Assembly (NCBI GenBank): GCA_035221665.1
Contig: CM069135.1
Coordinates: forward strand, 68,696,001-68,760,000
Direction of reading: 5' to 3'
DNA length: 64,000 bases
From: Okamejei kenojei
Lineage: Eukaryota
Shown: in pieces, positions 1-13,293 of the stretch
Numbering within the stretch: position 1 is the stretch's first letter
Layout of the letters: each line of letters starts with the position of its first letter
The notes under the pieces: model-generated
Databases searched by the model: none
The model's input: the letters and a program-made list of their open reading frames with translations, nothing else
Told to the model about the DNA's origin: nothing
Program-made: the position numbers and the translations under genes

Positions 1-1625
1 ATACAAAAATCAGCTCGACAAATCAAAAACTAAGGGCGGGTTTGCTCTTCCAAATTTCAGATATTACTGGGCCTCCGCCATCAAGTCCTTTGCTTTCTGG
101 CTTGACACATTAAACATCCCTCTGAATTTGCTAAAAATAGAACAAGAAGATTGTCACCCATACTCAATAGGTACCATCCTACTAGCTCCTACTTCAATTG
201 ATAAATCTTATTATGGATTAAATCCTGTTATACACAATTTGATATGTATATGGAAGCAAATCAGAACCCATTTTGAACTTAAACCTATATCTCTCGCTTT
301 GCCATAGCAAACAACCACACATTCAAGCCAGCATCTGCAGTTCCTTCTTTAACACATTCAAACCATCTATTTTAGATAAGACTTTCTCTACATGGAGTGA
401 ATTAGGAATCCAGTGTCAGAGACCTATATATCGATGGTACGTTTGCCACCTTTACACAGCTACGAAAGAAATTTGAACTGCCAAATAGTAACTTCTTCAG
501 ATATTTGCAAATCAGGGATTATATATGAAAGCATCTGTCAGGATTTGAAGTTGAGAGGCAGTCTCAAATAGATGACTGCCTTAAAACATCACCATATAAA
601 GACAAATTCATCTCCTATATGTATGATGTCCTTCTATCAATAACCTCTCCATCCTCTAGAAAGTATAAGATCAAATGGGAAAAAGACATAAATGTGCAAA
701 TACCAGATGAAATATGGGAGGAAAGCCTCAAACGTATACATAGGTGCTCAAACAATGCTAGACACTGCCTCATACAGTTCAAAATTATACATAGACTACA
801 AGGCAAAAATACACAGTATATATCCGAATGTTTCTCCTACTTGTGATAAACGTCACTCCTCAGATGCTACTCTTCTTCATAACTTTGTATCGTGCCCTAA
901 ATTCACATCTTTCTGGTCCGATATATTTAAGAATATCTCAGACATTCTTAACATCCCATTAAACCCAGTGCCCTTACTAATCATCTTTGGGGTATCTGAA
1001 ACATCAAGACAACTCGCAACTGCTCGACGACAATTCCTTTCCTACTGTCTCACTACGGCAAATAAATTACTGCTCATGTCATGGAAAAAAACAACAGCTC
1101 CCAATTCCAGAATGTGGCTTCATGACTTGACCAGTACATTCATTACATTTAGAAAGCATAAGATATGTTCTAAAGGATAGAGCCAACCAATTGAATAAAA
1201 TCAGGCAACCATTTATGTAATTTCTTGCACAGAAGAATATTGACACATAACACAATTCTACCTACGCTCTAAACCATCCATTTTAATGAAATTATGAGTA
1301 AGGGATAGAAGACGAGTTAGAAGCTTAAGAAACAAGTCTTCACAAAGAATCATTGCACTGAACTGCTCCCGATGTATTGTAGTCACCTTCTGCACTTTAC
1401 TTATGTATTTATTTATTTTTATGTTTATTATTCACCCCCCCTTCACTATTTATTTATTTATTTATTTATGTGTGCTGTTTTTATAAACATGCCTGTCCAT
1501 ATTGTTTGTATAATACTCAAAAGTTCTGTTTTGATATGTACATTTGGAAAAAATGAGCTTGGATATGGCAACATAATCTGTACCCATTTTTTGATGGCTT
1601 AATAAAATGTATTAAAGAATAAAAT
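1..1625 (+). mobile_element. L1-clade LINE, degraded 3' part of ORF2 and 3' UTR (runs off the left edge)
   Basis: Frameshifted ORFs 619-846 and 692-1180 carry L1 ORF2 C-terminal motifs: KGGFALPNF near the start, WEKDINVQIPDEIW, LIQFKIIHRL, and a degenerate CCHC-type region (PTCDKRHSSDATLLHNFVSCPKFTSFW). AATAAA at 1601. Confidence 0.85.
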
Positions 1626-2491
1626 CACTAACAGATGAACAGACATTAAGTACAATTATTGTAATTGAAACATAATAAATTGTCGAAAACCAATTTGTGA
1701 AAATGCAGACAATGGACTGGATTTTGTTTTGAGTGAAATGATGTATAGACCAACGTTCAGCCGCCTACCATATTGGCCATGCAACTGTGGACAACTGCCT
1801 AACAACACTCTTTGCTTTAACTGTTGTACTGGAGTTTGATGTGAGTACTTTTGTTTAGTATTGTCTGATATGATAGGATAGCATGCAAAAAGGCTTCTCA
1901 CTGCATCTCAGTACATGTGACAATATTACTTAAGCCCATCTCAACATGTTCCTTCATCTAATCAAACTGAAATTCTATAGAATCAAGGAAACCAAAAGCA
2001 CAAAATGGAATATTTAAAACAATGAAAAGGCATGTACAGAAAATGAAATGAAAATATTGTTAGTGTTAAGAGGGAAAGAAGGGAAAAAAAAATCAAATCT
2101 TCAATGAAAATGAAAAACTGAAGGAATGCAATCCCACCACTAGTTAAAGCGTTCGTGTCAAGGAAATTGTCTGGCACTAATTAGGTCATATCAAACCATT
2201 TAAGATGCACTTGGATGAAGAAATTGATGGTGTGTATAAGTAGTATATCCTTCATACCATGTTTTGAACGTCAAATTTCTTAGAAATTTCCAGGAGCAAA
2301 TTGCACAACTATTTTCAGAATACCATGTGTTACTGCATGTATGGTTGCTTCTGAATTTGCAGCCCAATTTTCTCAATGAAGCCAAGAACATCTGATAGCC
2401 ACGCTCATAGTGTTAGTGTAAATTCTATGCTGTTCACTTTAAAAAAAATCACAGAAAGATGCTCTACAACGTTACAAATTACAAAACTTAC

Positions 2492-2647
2492 ATCCATATT
2501 CTTCCCTGATCTTTGCGCCCGGAAATGGGAGCTCTGCAAGAAGACTATGGACTTCTTTCTCTGCAGCAGATCGGGTTTTCTTCCTCTTTCGCACTTTTGG
2601 TCTCTTCCTTTTAGCATTTGCTGCCTCTTCTGGCCCTTCAAGAACAT
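2492..2647 (-). CDS. Putative internal coding exon of an unidentified host gene (156 nt, symmetric)
   Basis: Acceptor gtttctattttgtatAG and donor GTAAGT. Non-repetitive and open. The phase-1 frame reads (D)VLEGPEEAANAKRKRPKVRKRKKTRSAAEKEVHSLLAELPFPGAKIREEYG and is compatible with the phase-1 donor at 24161. The phase-0 frame is also open. Confidence 0.7.
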
Positions 2648-2754
2648 CTATACAAAATAGAAACAATTAGAAAATAAATTGAGGAAAACCATATTATTTG
2701 GTAAGATTCATGTCATAAGCAATCTGATTAAGTGAGAACATGGGGCAAAATGAA

Positions 2755-2885
2755 AAATGTACAGGTGTCAGAGGTTATGGGGAGGAGGCAGGAGAATGGG
2801 GTTAGGAGGGAGAGATAAATCAGCCATGATTGAATGGCGGAGTAGACTTGATGGGCCAAATGGCCTAATTCTACTTCTATTCCTG
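2755..2885 (+). mobile_element. CR1/HER1 LINE 3' UTR fragment
   Basis: Matches the 3' ends of the longer CR1 copies in this window (ggagaaggcagg...cagccatgattgaatggcgg...gggccaaatggcct). Confidence 0.7.
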
Positions 2886-3194
2886 ATTACCTTATTCTTA
2901 CCCAACATAACTAACCAATTTTAATGAGGTAATTTATATTGTAATAGACTTTTCAGACTTCTATGCCCATGCTGATCTTTATATCTTTCCACTCTAATCC
3001 TATTTTTACAGCATTAGGTCAATATACTTCTAAGCCTTACCTAGTTAATTGCCTGCCTAAATGTTTTTTTTTAATGTAACTGATTCCACCATGTCCTCTG
3101 TCAACGTGTTCCAGATATCAACCACATCATTATAAAAAATGTTCTCCTCAAATCCCATTTTAAAATCTGTCCTCTCAATTTAAACCCATGCCGA

Positions 3195-3530
3195 GACACA
3201 AAATGCTGGAGCAACTCTGCGGGCCTGGCACCACCTTTGGAGAGAAGGAATGGGCGACGTTTCGGGTCCAGACCCTTGCGTTCTCCAACTTTAGATAACT
3301 AACCAAACCCCTCCTCCCCACCCCCTTCTCTTCCACCCCCTCTCCAGTACGCCACCTGGACTTGCACCAATTTCTCTCCTACCCCACCACCTAGATTCTT
3401 TCTTCTAGCTTCACAATTCGTAAATCCTCAAATCTATATTTTCATCTCTGGCCTTCGTTCCATCTGCTGCCTAGCAAAACCTCCTCACCTATATCCACCT
3501 ATGACTTGCCAGGCTTTGCCCTGCCCCATC
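3195..3530. mobile_element. Degraded Penelope pseudo-LTR-derived repeat
   Basis: Contains gacacaaaatgctggagcaact...gacgtttcgggtccagaccctt, homologous to the Penelope terminal repeats at 13295-13390 and 54010-54110. Confidence 0.6.
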
Positions 3531-3758
3531 TGTCTTAATATTACGGAAGTCAAAATCTCCCGTCAATATAGCCCTATTGTTCTTACACCTTTTCTGCCCT
3601 TTGTTTACACATCTGTTGGTATGTTCTTACACCTTTTCTGCCCTTGTTTACACATCCAGGGTATCCGAAGTACTGCCATGATGTACAGGCTCCAGCTAGC
3701 AATGCAGGGCAGGTTCTTTCTACTTTTGGAAATAATAACATTGTTTCTTTGACAATGC

Positions 3759-4537
3759 GTTGAGTTGAGTTTCCTTTATTGTCAAACAAGTTTGAACGAA
3801 ATTGCGTACCTTGCAGCCATGACAGAAAATAAAGTAACAAAACACACAATGAACAGTTTAACATCCATCACAGTGACTTCAGGCACCTCCTCACTGTGAT
3901 GGAAGGCAAAAACTCTTAAAGTCTTATCTCTTCTTGCTAGTTCTCCCTCTGCATTGAGGCGATCCAGGCTTTCGAAGTTGGGCCCCCCTCCAGGTGATGG
4001 TAAGTCCCGCGGCCGGATCCAAGTTCCACGAACGGGCAGATTCAAACTCCGCGGCCCGGGGCGGATGAAGCGGCCACCCTCCAGTCCAGCGGACGAAGCT
4101 GTTGTTGCGGGAGCTCCGGAGAATCGGTCACCCACCTGGGACCTGCGAGCCCCCGATGTTGTCGTCCACTGGGCCCGCGGCTGAAGCCTCCGAGGCTCCG
4201 AAGACGTGGCGCAGCGTTACCACAGCCCCGAAGTCGGCCAGCTTCGCGATGGTGAGACCACAGGCTCTGCCTCCGGAGCCTCGGGGTCGGTTCCAGTTGG
4301 AGGCCGCCAGCTCCATGGCTAGGCCTCAGCGCAGACGGAGACGGAAACGGAGACGGAGACACGACAAAGAAAAGGTTGCATCCCCTTGAAGGAAGAGGTT
4401 AAAACAAGTTTCCCCACCCCCAACACATACACAACTAAAAATAAACTAAAACATACATCTAACAAGACAAAAGAAAACAAAAAAAGGAAAAGACTACAGG
4501 CGAGCCGCAGCTGCTTGGGCAGCGCCGTTACTTCCGC
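3759..4537 (-). mobile_element. Non-autonomous GC-rich retroelement with (AACTC)n tail
   Basis: Flanked by direct repeat caatgc (3753-3758 and 4538-4543). The minus-strand end is aataaaggaaactcaactcaac. The interior is GC/CpG-rich with no credible ORF. Confidence 0.55.
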
Positions 4538-5878
4538 CAATGCACAGATTTTGTGGCTGAAGATGAAACAATGGTACTTCCCACTGACCCCAAAGAAACT
4601 GAGTTTGAACAATATTTCACGAATTAGCTCTGGAGGATCTCAGATGTCAAGCAACTGCATGTCATCAGGCAACCCGAATCACCATTTATCATCAATAAAA
4701 AGTTAAATTAGTTCAAATATGTGAAATGCTGTTAAGGTTACTCTTTTCTGAAGATTAGATTGCAGAACGTTGGTAAGCAGAACACCTTGTGTAGGATCAA
4801 GGAATTATTGGTTACATTTTCTGTGATTCATGTTTAAATGACACACAACAGCAAATGCATAGCTTTGCCACCATTTATGCATCAATATTTAAGTCATAAT
4901 CGTTCTTAGTTGAATGAAAAGAGTCAAGCATTAGACTCGTTTTACATTGTGTGTTTACTTAGTCATGCTGATCTGAATTCAAATGTACCGCTTCTGAATA
5001 GAATAATTTTACAGATCATACATCACAACAAATAAATGCTTATTTGGTAAAGTCAAAGCATGAATTTCACTGCATCATGGGTTGTGTGTTGGTCAAATTC
5101 CTGTTTTCTGTGAAATTCCTGTTCAGCTGTGAAATGCATCAGTGATGATGTCCAACTTCCAGTCTCTGGTAGATTTAGAAGATCTCATGATGTTATAATG
5201 AAATAAAAGTAGAAAATAACTTAACTCATTGTTCTCCCAATATCCAAGTCAACATTTATCCTTTCACCAAAATCAGTAAAACATGTAATTTATCTTAATC
5301 TTGTTAGTGAGGTCTTGCTCTCACAATCTAGTAGCCAAATATGCGTGCAGCAAAATAATATCATTGGCTGTTGAAATATTTGAGATTTGGCAAATTCGAG
5401 AAGACAAGCTAGCTTAATATCTATTGTAAATTGAAGGATTATATCTGGGTTTCTACTGGTTACAGAACTCTATACCATCAAAATAACGGATTGGTTTCTT
5501 GCAGATCTTAAATAAAAAGAGTTTTTTTTAAAAATGTAGTTGAAAGTTTATATAAATCTTGTAAACGTGTTAAAATCCATCTAGACAGATTTGCAGCATA
5601 AAATGGGCTATTAGCAAAACTATGTTACAGAGATCTTACAGAAATGATAAAGTGTTTAAGAAAGAACTGCAGATGCTGGAAAAATTGAAGGTAGACAAAA
5701 ATGCTGGAAAACTCAGTGGGTGAGGCAGCATCTACGAAGCAAAGGAATAGGTGACGTTTCAGGTCCAGACCCTTCTTCAAACTGTTGTGGGGGTGGGGAT
5801 GGGGGTGGGGGTGGGGGTGGGTGGCAGGAAGAAGAAAGGAAGCTTGGCGATCGCTTCGCCCAACACCTGCACTCAGTT

Positions 5879-8341
5879 CTTTTTTTTTAAATTTCAAAAT
5901 AGACTTTATTCAGGTAATAAATATATACAATACATGAACCATGCGAAAAATTCACCAACATTTTCGGAAGCTGTACAAATTGTTCAATACAGTCTATATA
6001 CATTGCTCAAATTTCACAAATCTGTCCCCCACCCATGCCACTCATATGGCCCCCGGCGTGGGAAACCTTCCCTTATTTTGAGAGGTATCTCCACCATACC
6101 GTGCCCCCCATGTCCAGCAGCAGAAGGACCCTAGACTGTGGTCCTCCCCCACCGAGCCTTGGCGTTGGCTGCACCGAGCTTCAGTGCGTCCCTCAGCACG
6201 TACTCCTGCAGTCTGCAGCGGGCCAGTCGGCAACATTCCCTGATGGACATCTCGCACTGCTGGGTGGTGAACAACGCTCGGGCAGACCAAAGAGCGTCTT
6301 TTACCGAGTTGATGACCTTCCAGCAGAACTCGATGTCAGTCTCTGAATGTGTCCCTGGGAACAGTCCGTAAATCACAGAGTCCTCTGTGACGGAGCTGTT
6401 CGGGATAAAGCTTGCCAGGGACCTTGCATACTTCACCAGACTCTCTTTGCAAATCCACGCTCTGCAAAGAGGTGGGGAACCGTCTCCTCTCCATAGCAGC
6501 CGTCCCGAGGGCAGCGTGCGCTGGTAGTGAAGTTCCGGACGTGGAGGAAGGATCTGACTGGGGTGGGGGGGGGGGGGCTCCCCTCACCGCCAGCCAAGCC
6601 AGGTCTTGGTGGTTGTTGGTGAGCTCTGGCGATGAGGCATTTTGCCAGACGAGCTGGGCAGTCTGCTCTGGGAACCACGCCACCAGATCCATTGAGTCCT
6701 TTCCCTGCAGTGCCTGCAGGACGTTCCGTGCTGACCACTGCCCGATGGACTTGTGGTCAACGGTGTTGGTCCAGAAGAACCTTTCCACGAACGACAAATG
6801 GGGCGGCAATGTCCAGCTGACTGGCACATTGCGTGGCACCTGCGGCAGTCCCATCCTTCGCAATACCGGGGACAGGTAGAACCTCAGCAGGTAAAGATAC
6901 TTGGTGCCCACGTGCCTTGGCTCTACACTCTGCCTGATGCAGCCACACACAAAAATGGCCATCAGGGTGAGGGCGACGTTGGGCACGCATTTACCCCCAT
7001 TGTCTGCAGACTTGTGCATTTTGGTCCGTCGCACCCGGTCTATCCTCAATCCCCAGATGAACTGGAAGACGGTGATCCCTATGGCGTAGGTGGGATAGGC
7101 CACACTTGCCCCAAGTACAGCAGCCCCAAGAGCACCTCACACCTGATGACCAAATTCTTTGATGACCAAATCCCGAACCAGATCCCCAGCACCTTCAAGA
7201 AATCAGGCTTAATGGTGAAGGGGACGGAAGATCGGTCAGGCCAGTTGCCAAAGAGCATGACCTCGCTCTTCCTGCGGTTCACCCTGGCTCCAGTGGCCGA
7301 CTCAAACTGGTCGCAATCAATCTGCGGACCGACGCTGGATCCGAGCAGAAGATGGCGACATCCTCCATGTACAGGAGGTTTTGACTTGAGTGCCCCCACT
7401 GCCTGGCAATGCCACTCCTCTTATGCTCGCATCCTTCCTGATGAACTCGGCAAAAGGTTCAATACTGCAGACGAACAAGACAGGAGAGATAGGGCAACCC
7501 TGCCTGACTCCAGACCTGATGGGGAAGCTGCCTGATCCCCACCCATTGATTTGGACTGCACTACAGATATCGGTGTAGAGCAGTTTGATCCAATTTCGGA
7601 TTCCCTCCCCAAAGCCCATTTTGGATAACATGTCCCTCATGTACGTGTGTGATATCCTATCGAAGGCCTTCACTTGGTCCAAGCAGGATGACTAGGCAGG
7701 CATCCACCCGTCTGTCCTGCACGTAGGCAATGGTATCTCTCAGCAGCGCTAGACTGAGATTTTCCTGCCAGGTACAGCACAGGTTTGGTCCGGGTGTATT
7801 ACCCGTCCCAGAACAGACTTGACCCGGTTGGCGATGGCCTTCGACAGGATCTTGTAGTCTACATTCAACAATGTGATGGGTCTCCAATTTTTATATCCTT
7901 CATCTCCCCCTTCTGCTTGTAGATTAGGGTGATGTTGCCCTTCCTCATGGAGTCTGACATGCTGCCGGCTAGAAGCGTGTCGTTGTACACTTCCAGCAGG
8001 TCGGGGCCCATCCAGTCCCACAGAGCCGAACACAACTCGGCTGGTAAGCCATCACTTCCAGGAGTTTTACTCGAGTCAAAGGAACGGATGGAGCCAGTCA
8101 GCTCCTCTTGGGTCAGTGGTTGGTCCAGACTCTCCCACTTGCTGGCCTCCAAGACCTCCGTGATTGAGGACAGGAAGTTCTGGGACGCAGTGCTGTCTGT
8201 GGCCTTTTTGTCATACAAATCCGTGTAAAAGGATTTGCAGATCCTCAGCATGTCCGCCTGCGAGGGTGCTACCGAGCCGTCCTCCTCCCCAAGGCTGTTC
8301 ATCACAGAGCTCCCCCCGTAAACCTTATGGAAGAAGAAACG
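5879..8341 (-). mobile_element. Tx1-clade LINE copy A (5'-truncated; frameshifted RT and C-terminal region)
   Basis: ORF pieces KTPGSDGLPAE, NWRPITLLNVDYKILSK, DQVKAFDRISH, SGVRQGCPISPVLF, ending LGAANAKARWGRTTV. A-rich tail at 5880-5888. TSD cacct(g/c)cactcagtt at 5864-5878 and 8342-8356. Confidence 0.9.
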
Positions 8342-8359
8342 CACCTCCACTCAGTTTGT

Positions 8360-9718
8360 TTTTTTTTATTTCAAAATATACTTTATTCAAATGATAAATA
8401 TATACAATACATTAACCTTGCGGAAAATCTATCCGACATTTTCGGAGGCTGTACAATAGATCAATACAGGTTAGACATTTCTTTCCCCCAAATTTCCACA
8501 AATCAGTCCCCCACTCGTGCCACAATGGCGTGGGATACCTTCCCTTATATTGAGGGGCGTCTCCACAATACTGTACCCCCCATGTCCAGCAGCGGAAGGG
8601 CCTTAGACTGTGGCCCTCCCCCACCGAGCCTTGGCGTTGGCTGCACCGGGCTTCAGTGCGTCCCTCAGCACATACTCCTGCAGTCTGCAGCGGGCCAGTC
8701 GGCAACATTCCCTGACGGACATCTCGCTCTGCTGGGTGGTGAACAATGCTCGGGCAGACCAAAGGGCGTCTTTTACCGAGTTGATGACCCTCCAGCAGCA
8801 CTCGATGTCAGCCTCTGAATGTGTCCCTGGGAACAGTCCGTAAATCACCGAGTCCTCTGTGACGGAGCTGTTTGGGATAAAGCGTACCAGGGACCCTTGC
8901 ATTTTTCTCCAGACTCTTTTAGCAAACCCACACTCTGTGAAGAGGTGGGCAACCGTCTCCTCGCCATAGCAGCCGTCCCGAGGGCAGCGTGCGCTGGCAG
9001 TGAGGTTCCGACGGTGCAGGAAGGATCTGACTGGGAGGGCTCCCCTCACCGCCAGCCAAGCCAGGTCTTGGTGCTTGTTGGTGAGTTCTGGCGATGAGGC
9101 ATTTTGCCAGACAAGCTGGGCAGTCTGCTCAGGGAACCACGCCACCGGGCCCATAGAGTCCTTTCCTTGCAGTGCCTGCAGGACATTCTGTGCTGACCAC
9201 TGCCCGATGGACATGTGGTCAAAGGTGTTGGTCCGGAAGAACCCTTCCACCGACGACAGATGGGGCGGCAATGTCCAGCTGACTGGCACATTGCGTGGCA
9301 CCTGCGCCAGGCCCATCCTTCTCAACACCGGGGACAGGTAGAACCTCAGCAGGTAGTGACACTTGGTGCCCACGTGCCTTGGCTCTACATTCCGCCTGAT
9401 GCAGCCACACACGAAGGTGGCCATCAGAATGAGGGCGACGTTGGGCACGCTTTTACCCCCGTTGTCTGCCGACTTGTACATTGTGGCCCGTCGCACCCGA
9501 TCCATCCTTGACCCCCAGATGAACTGGAAGATGGCCCGGGTGATCCCTGTGGCGTATGAGGGAGGGACAGGCCACACTTGTGCCAAGTACAGCAGCCCCG
9601 AGAGCACCTCACACCTGATGACCAAATTCTTTCCCGTTATGGAGAGGGAGCGTTGCCTCCACAGCTCCAGCTTCCTCCCCACCCTGGCTATCCGCTCCAG
9701 CCAAATTTTGTTACATGC
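8360..9718 (-). mobile_element. Tx1-clade LINE copy B (5'-truncated; ORF2 C-terminus intact, ORF 8603-9682)
   Basis: 359-aa uninterrupted frame with LSITGKNLVIRCEV and zinc knuckle CPRDGCYGEETVAHLFTEC. Closely similar to copy A. A-rich tail at 8360-8367. TSD ctcagtttgt at 8350-8359 and 9719-9728. Confidence 0.9.
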
Positions 9719-12700
9719 CTCAGTTTGTAATAACCAACTTGATCTCCCGGTGGCTCAGCACTTCAACTCCCCATCCCATTCCGAATCCGACCTCTCTGTC
9801 CTGGGCCTCCTCCATGGCCAGAGTGAGTCCCACCGCATATTGGAGGAGCAGCACCTCATATTTCGCTTGGGTAATTTACACCCCAGCGGTATGAACATGG
9901 ACTTCTCAAATTTCAGGAAGTCCTTGGTTTCTCCCTCCTTCCTCTCACCTTCCCAGCTCTCCCACCGCCTACTGTCTCTGCCTCCTTTCTTTTTTCCCGC
10001 CCCCCCACCCCACATTAGTCTGAAGAAGGGTCTCGACCCGAAACATCGCCTATTTCCTTCGCTCCATAGATGCTGCCTCACCCGCTGAGTTTCTCCAGTA
10101 TGTTTGTCTACCTTTTACAGAAATGATAGATCATTCCATTTTTAAGCTTTGATAATTTCTGCAGATAAAATCAATTGTTTCGTTGAGGCATGTATGTTTG
10201 ATTTTTATGGATTTTAATTGTCAAAACAGCAAATATTACATGTATAATTTATCAAAACCTTTAATAGCTTTACAAAATCATGTCAAGTGTAAACAGTAAA
10301 TCAGCATTATCCAAAAAGCTTTATCTATTTTAAATCAGTGTGTTCATTTGGCAGGAACAAAATTGATAAATACAAATACAACATCCTCAGCCATCTGCTT
10401 TGTTTTAAAGTGTTAATGTCATTGTCGACAAGTTAATGAACTCTGTTAACTAAAACTTAATCACATATTAAATGTTAATTGCATCCTGCCAAGACTAACC
10501 ACTGCATATAATAATCTAATGGTTTCTACCAGTCAGATTTCTGCTGTTGAATTTGAGTGCTTTTTTTAAAAAAACAAGCAATTTATTTCTCTCCACAAAT
10601 CAAAAATGGTCTTTAGTGTTAAAGGTCCAAGAGTCCCAGTTTGAATAATGCATGAAGTTTACACAGAGTTGCACTGAAATGCTTCTTCCACTGGGATTTA
10701 TTAAAATACAGTGGAGTACACTAAAAGCAAAGTCGTAATATGTCAACTTGAACAATGGAGAAACATTGTAATATATGACATATTTGTTTTTAAAAAAAGC
10801 ACTTTTGTGCTTAAAAAGCACACTTTGTACTTTACATCATTTAGAAGCATGGCTGCTCATTACAACACAGTTATGGGTAGCTGAGTTTTGAGGTTTTGAG
10901 AAATATCACGCATGAAGTACATCACATATCAAAGTGAAGTATAAGAAATAAAGTGGATGAGCTTGAGGCCCAGTTAGAAATTGGTAAGTATGATGTTGTG
11001 GGAATTACAGAGACATGGCTGAAGAGGATCAGAGCTGGGAACTGAATATTCAGGGGTATACGTCCTATCGAAAAGACAGACATGTGGGCAGAGGGGGTTG
11101 GGTGGCTCTGTTAGGAAGGAATGAAATTCAGTCCCTTGCTAGGAGTGACATAGAATCAGACGATGTAGAGTCATCGTGGATAGAACTGAGAAATTGTAAG
11201 GGTAAAAGGACCCTAATGGGAGTTATCTACAGGCACCCAAACAGTAGCCTGGAGATAGGATGCAAGTTGCATCAGGAGTTAAAATTAGCATGTAACAAAG
11301 GTAATGCTACGGTGGTTATGAGAGATTTTAACATGCAGGTAGACTGGGAAAATCAAGTTGGTACTGGACCCCAAGAAAGGGAGATTGTAGAGTGCATCCG
11401 AGATGGATTCTTAGAGCAGCTTGTACTGGAACGTACCAGGGAGAAGGCAATTCTGGATTTAGTGTTGTGTAATGAACCGAATTTGATAAGGGAACTCAAG
11501 GTAAAGGAATCATTAGGAGGTAGTGAACATAACATGATAAGTTTTAATCTGCAATTTGAGAGGGAGAAGGTAAAATCGGAAGTGTCAGTATTGCAGTTGA
11601 CAAAGGGGACTATGTTGGCATGAGGGAGGAACTGGACAAAGTTGACTGGAAAGGGACCTAAGCAGTGATGACGGTAGAACAGCAATGGCAGGTGTTTCTG
11701 GGAATAATCCAGAAGATGCTGGGTAATTTCATTCCAAAGAGGAAGAAAGATTCTAAGGGGAGTAAGAGGCAATAGTGGCTGACAAGGGAAGGACAGTATA
11801 AAAATAAAAGCGAAGACATATAACATAGCAAAGATGAGCGGGAAGCCAGAGGATTGGGAAACTTTTAAAGATCAACAGAAGGCAACTAAAAATGCAATAC
11901 AGGGAGAAAAGATGAAGTATGAAGGTAAGCTATCCAAGGATATAAAGCAGGATAGTAAAAGCTTCTTTAGGTTTGTGAAGAGGAAAACATTAGTTAAAAC
12001 CAAAGTTGGACCATTGATGACTGAAAAAGGTTAATTTATTATGGGTAACAAGGAAATGGCAGATGAGTTGAACAGATAATTTGGTTCTGTCTTCACTAAG
12101 GAAGACACAAACAATCTCCCAGATGTACTAGGGGACAGAGGTCCTAGGGTGACGGATGAACTGAAGGAAATTAACATTAGTTAGGAAATGGTGTTGGGTA
12201 GACTGATGGGACTGAAGGCTGATAAATCCCCAGGGCCTGATGGTCTGCATCCCAGGGTACTCGAGGAGGTGGCTCTAGATATTGTGGACGCATTGGTGAT
12301 CATCTTTCAATGTTCTATAGATTCTGGATCTGCTCCTGTGGATTGGAGGGTAGCTAATGTTATCCCACTTTTCAAGAAAGGAGGGAGAGAGAAAGCAGGG
12401 AATTATAGACCAGTTAACCTGACCACGGTAGTGGGGAAGATGCTGGCGTCGATTATCAAAGATGTAATTACGGCGCATTTGGAAAGCAGTAACAGGATCG
12501 TTCTGAGTCAGCATGGATTTACGAAGGGGAAATCATGCATGACAAATCTGCTGGAATTTTTTGAGGACGTAAGAAGTAAAATGGACAAGGGAGAGCCAGT
12601 TGATGTAGTGTACCTGGACTTTCAGAAAGCCTTTGATAAGGTCCCACACAGGCGATTAGTGGTCAAAAGTGGAGCACATGGTATTGGGGGTAGAGTGTTG

Positions 12701-13293
12701 ACATGGATAGAAAATTGGTTGACAGACATGAAACAAAGAGTAAGGATTAACTGGTCCCTTTCAGAATGGCAGGCAGTGACTATTGGGGTGTCACAAGGCT
12801 CGGTGCTGGGACCGCAGCTATTTACAATATACATTAATGATTTAGATGAAGGAATTAGAAGTTACATTAACAAATTTGCAGATGACACAAAGCTGGGAGG
12901 CGGTGTGAACTGTGAAGAGCATGCTGTGAGGATGCAGAGTGACTTGGACAGGTTGGGTGAGTGGGCAGATGCATGGCAGATGCAGTATAATGTGGATAAA
13001 TGCGAGGTTACTGGAGGCAAGAAAGATAATGCAGATTATTATCTGAATGGTGTCAGGTTAGGAAAAAGGGAAGTACAATGAGATCTGGATGACCTAGTAC
13101 ATCAGTCACTGAAAGTAAGCATACAGGTACAACAGGCAGTGAAGAAAGCTAATGGCATGTTGGCCTTCATAAGGAGAGGAGGTTCACGAGGCTGGGAAGG
13201 CAGTACTGTCATATGATGAAAGAATCGAGTGACTGGTCTCACTGGAATTTAGGATGAGAGGGGATCTTATAGAAACACAAAAATTATTAAGGG

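Larger units (their letters stand above)
5650..10114. mobile_element. Penelope-like (Neptune-type) insertion: inverted pLTR, GIY-YIG 3' fragment and pLTR, split by two Tx1 LINEs
   Basis: 14-bp TSD ttacagaaatgata at 5636-5649 and 10115-10128. Inverted pLTR at ~5655-5843. GIY-YIG coding LGDRFAQHLHSV (5844-5878) resumes as SVCNNQLDLPVAQHFNSPSHS...EEQHLIFRLG at 9720. pLTR with hammerhead-like core at 10020-10047. Confidence 0.85.

Noticed and set aside
3581-3656. Short tandem duplications (also 22638-22681, 44752-44808, 45140-45190)
   Set aside because: Ordinary local slippage duplications with no further structure.
6412-9511. Numerous plus-strand ORFs overlapping the Tx1 copies
   Set aside because: Antisense shadows of GC-rich ORF2 sequence.
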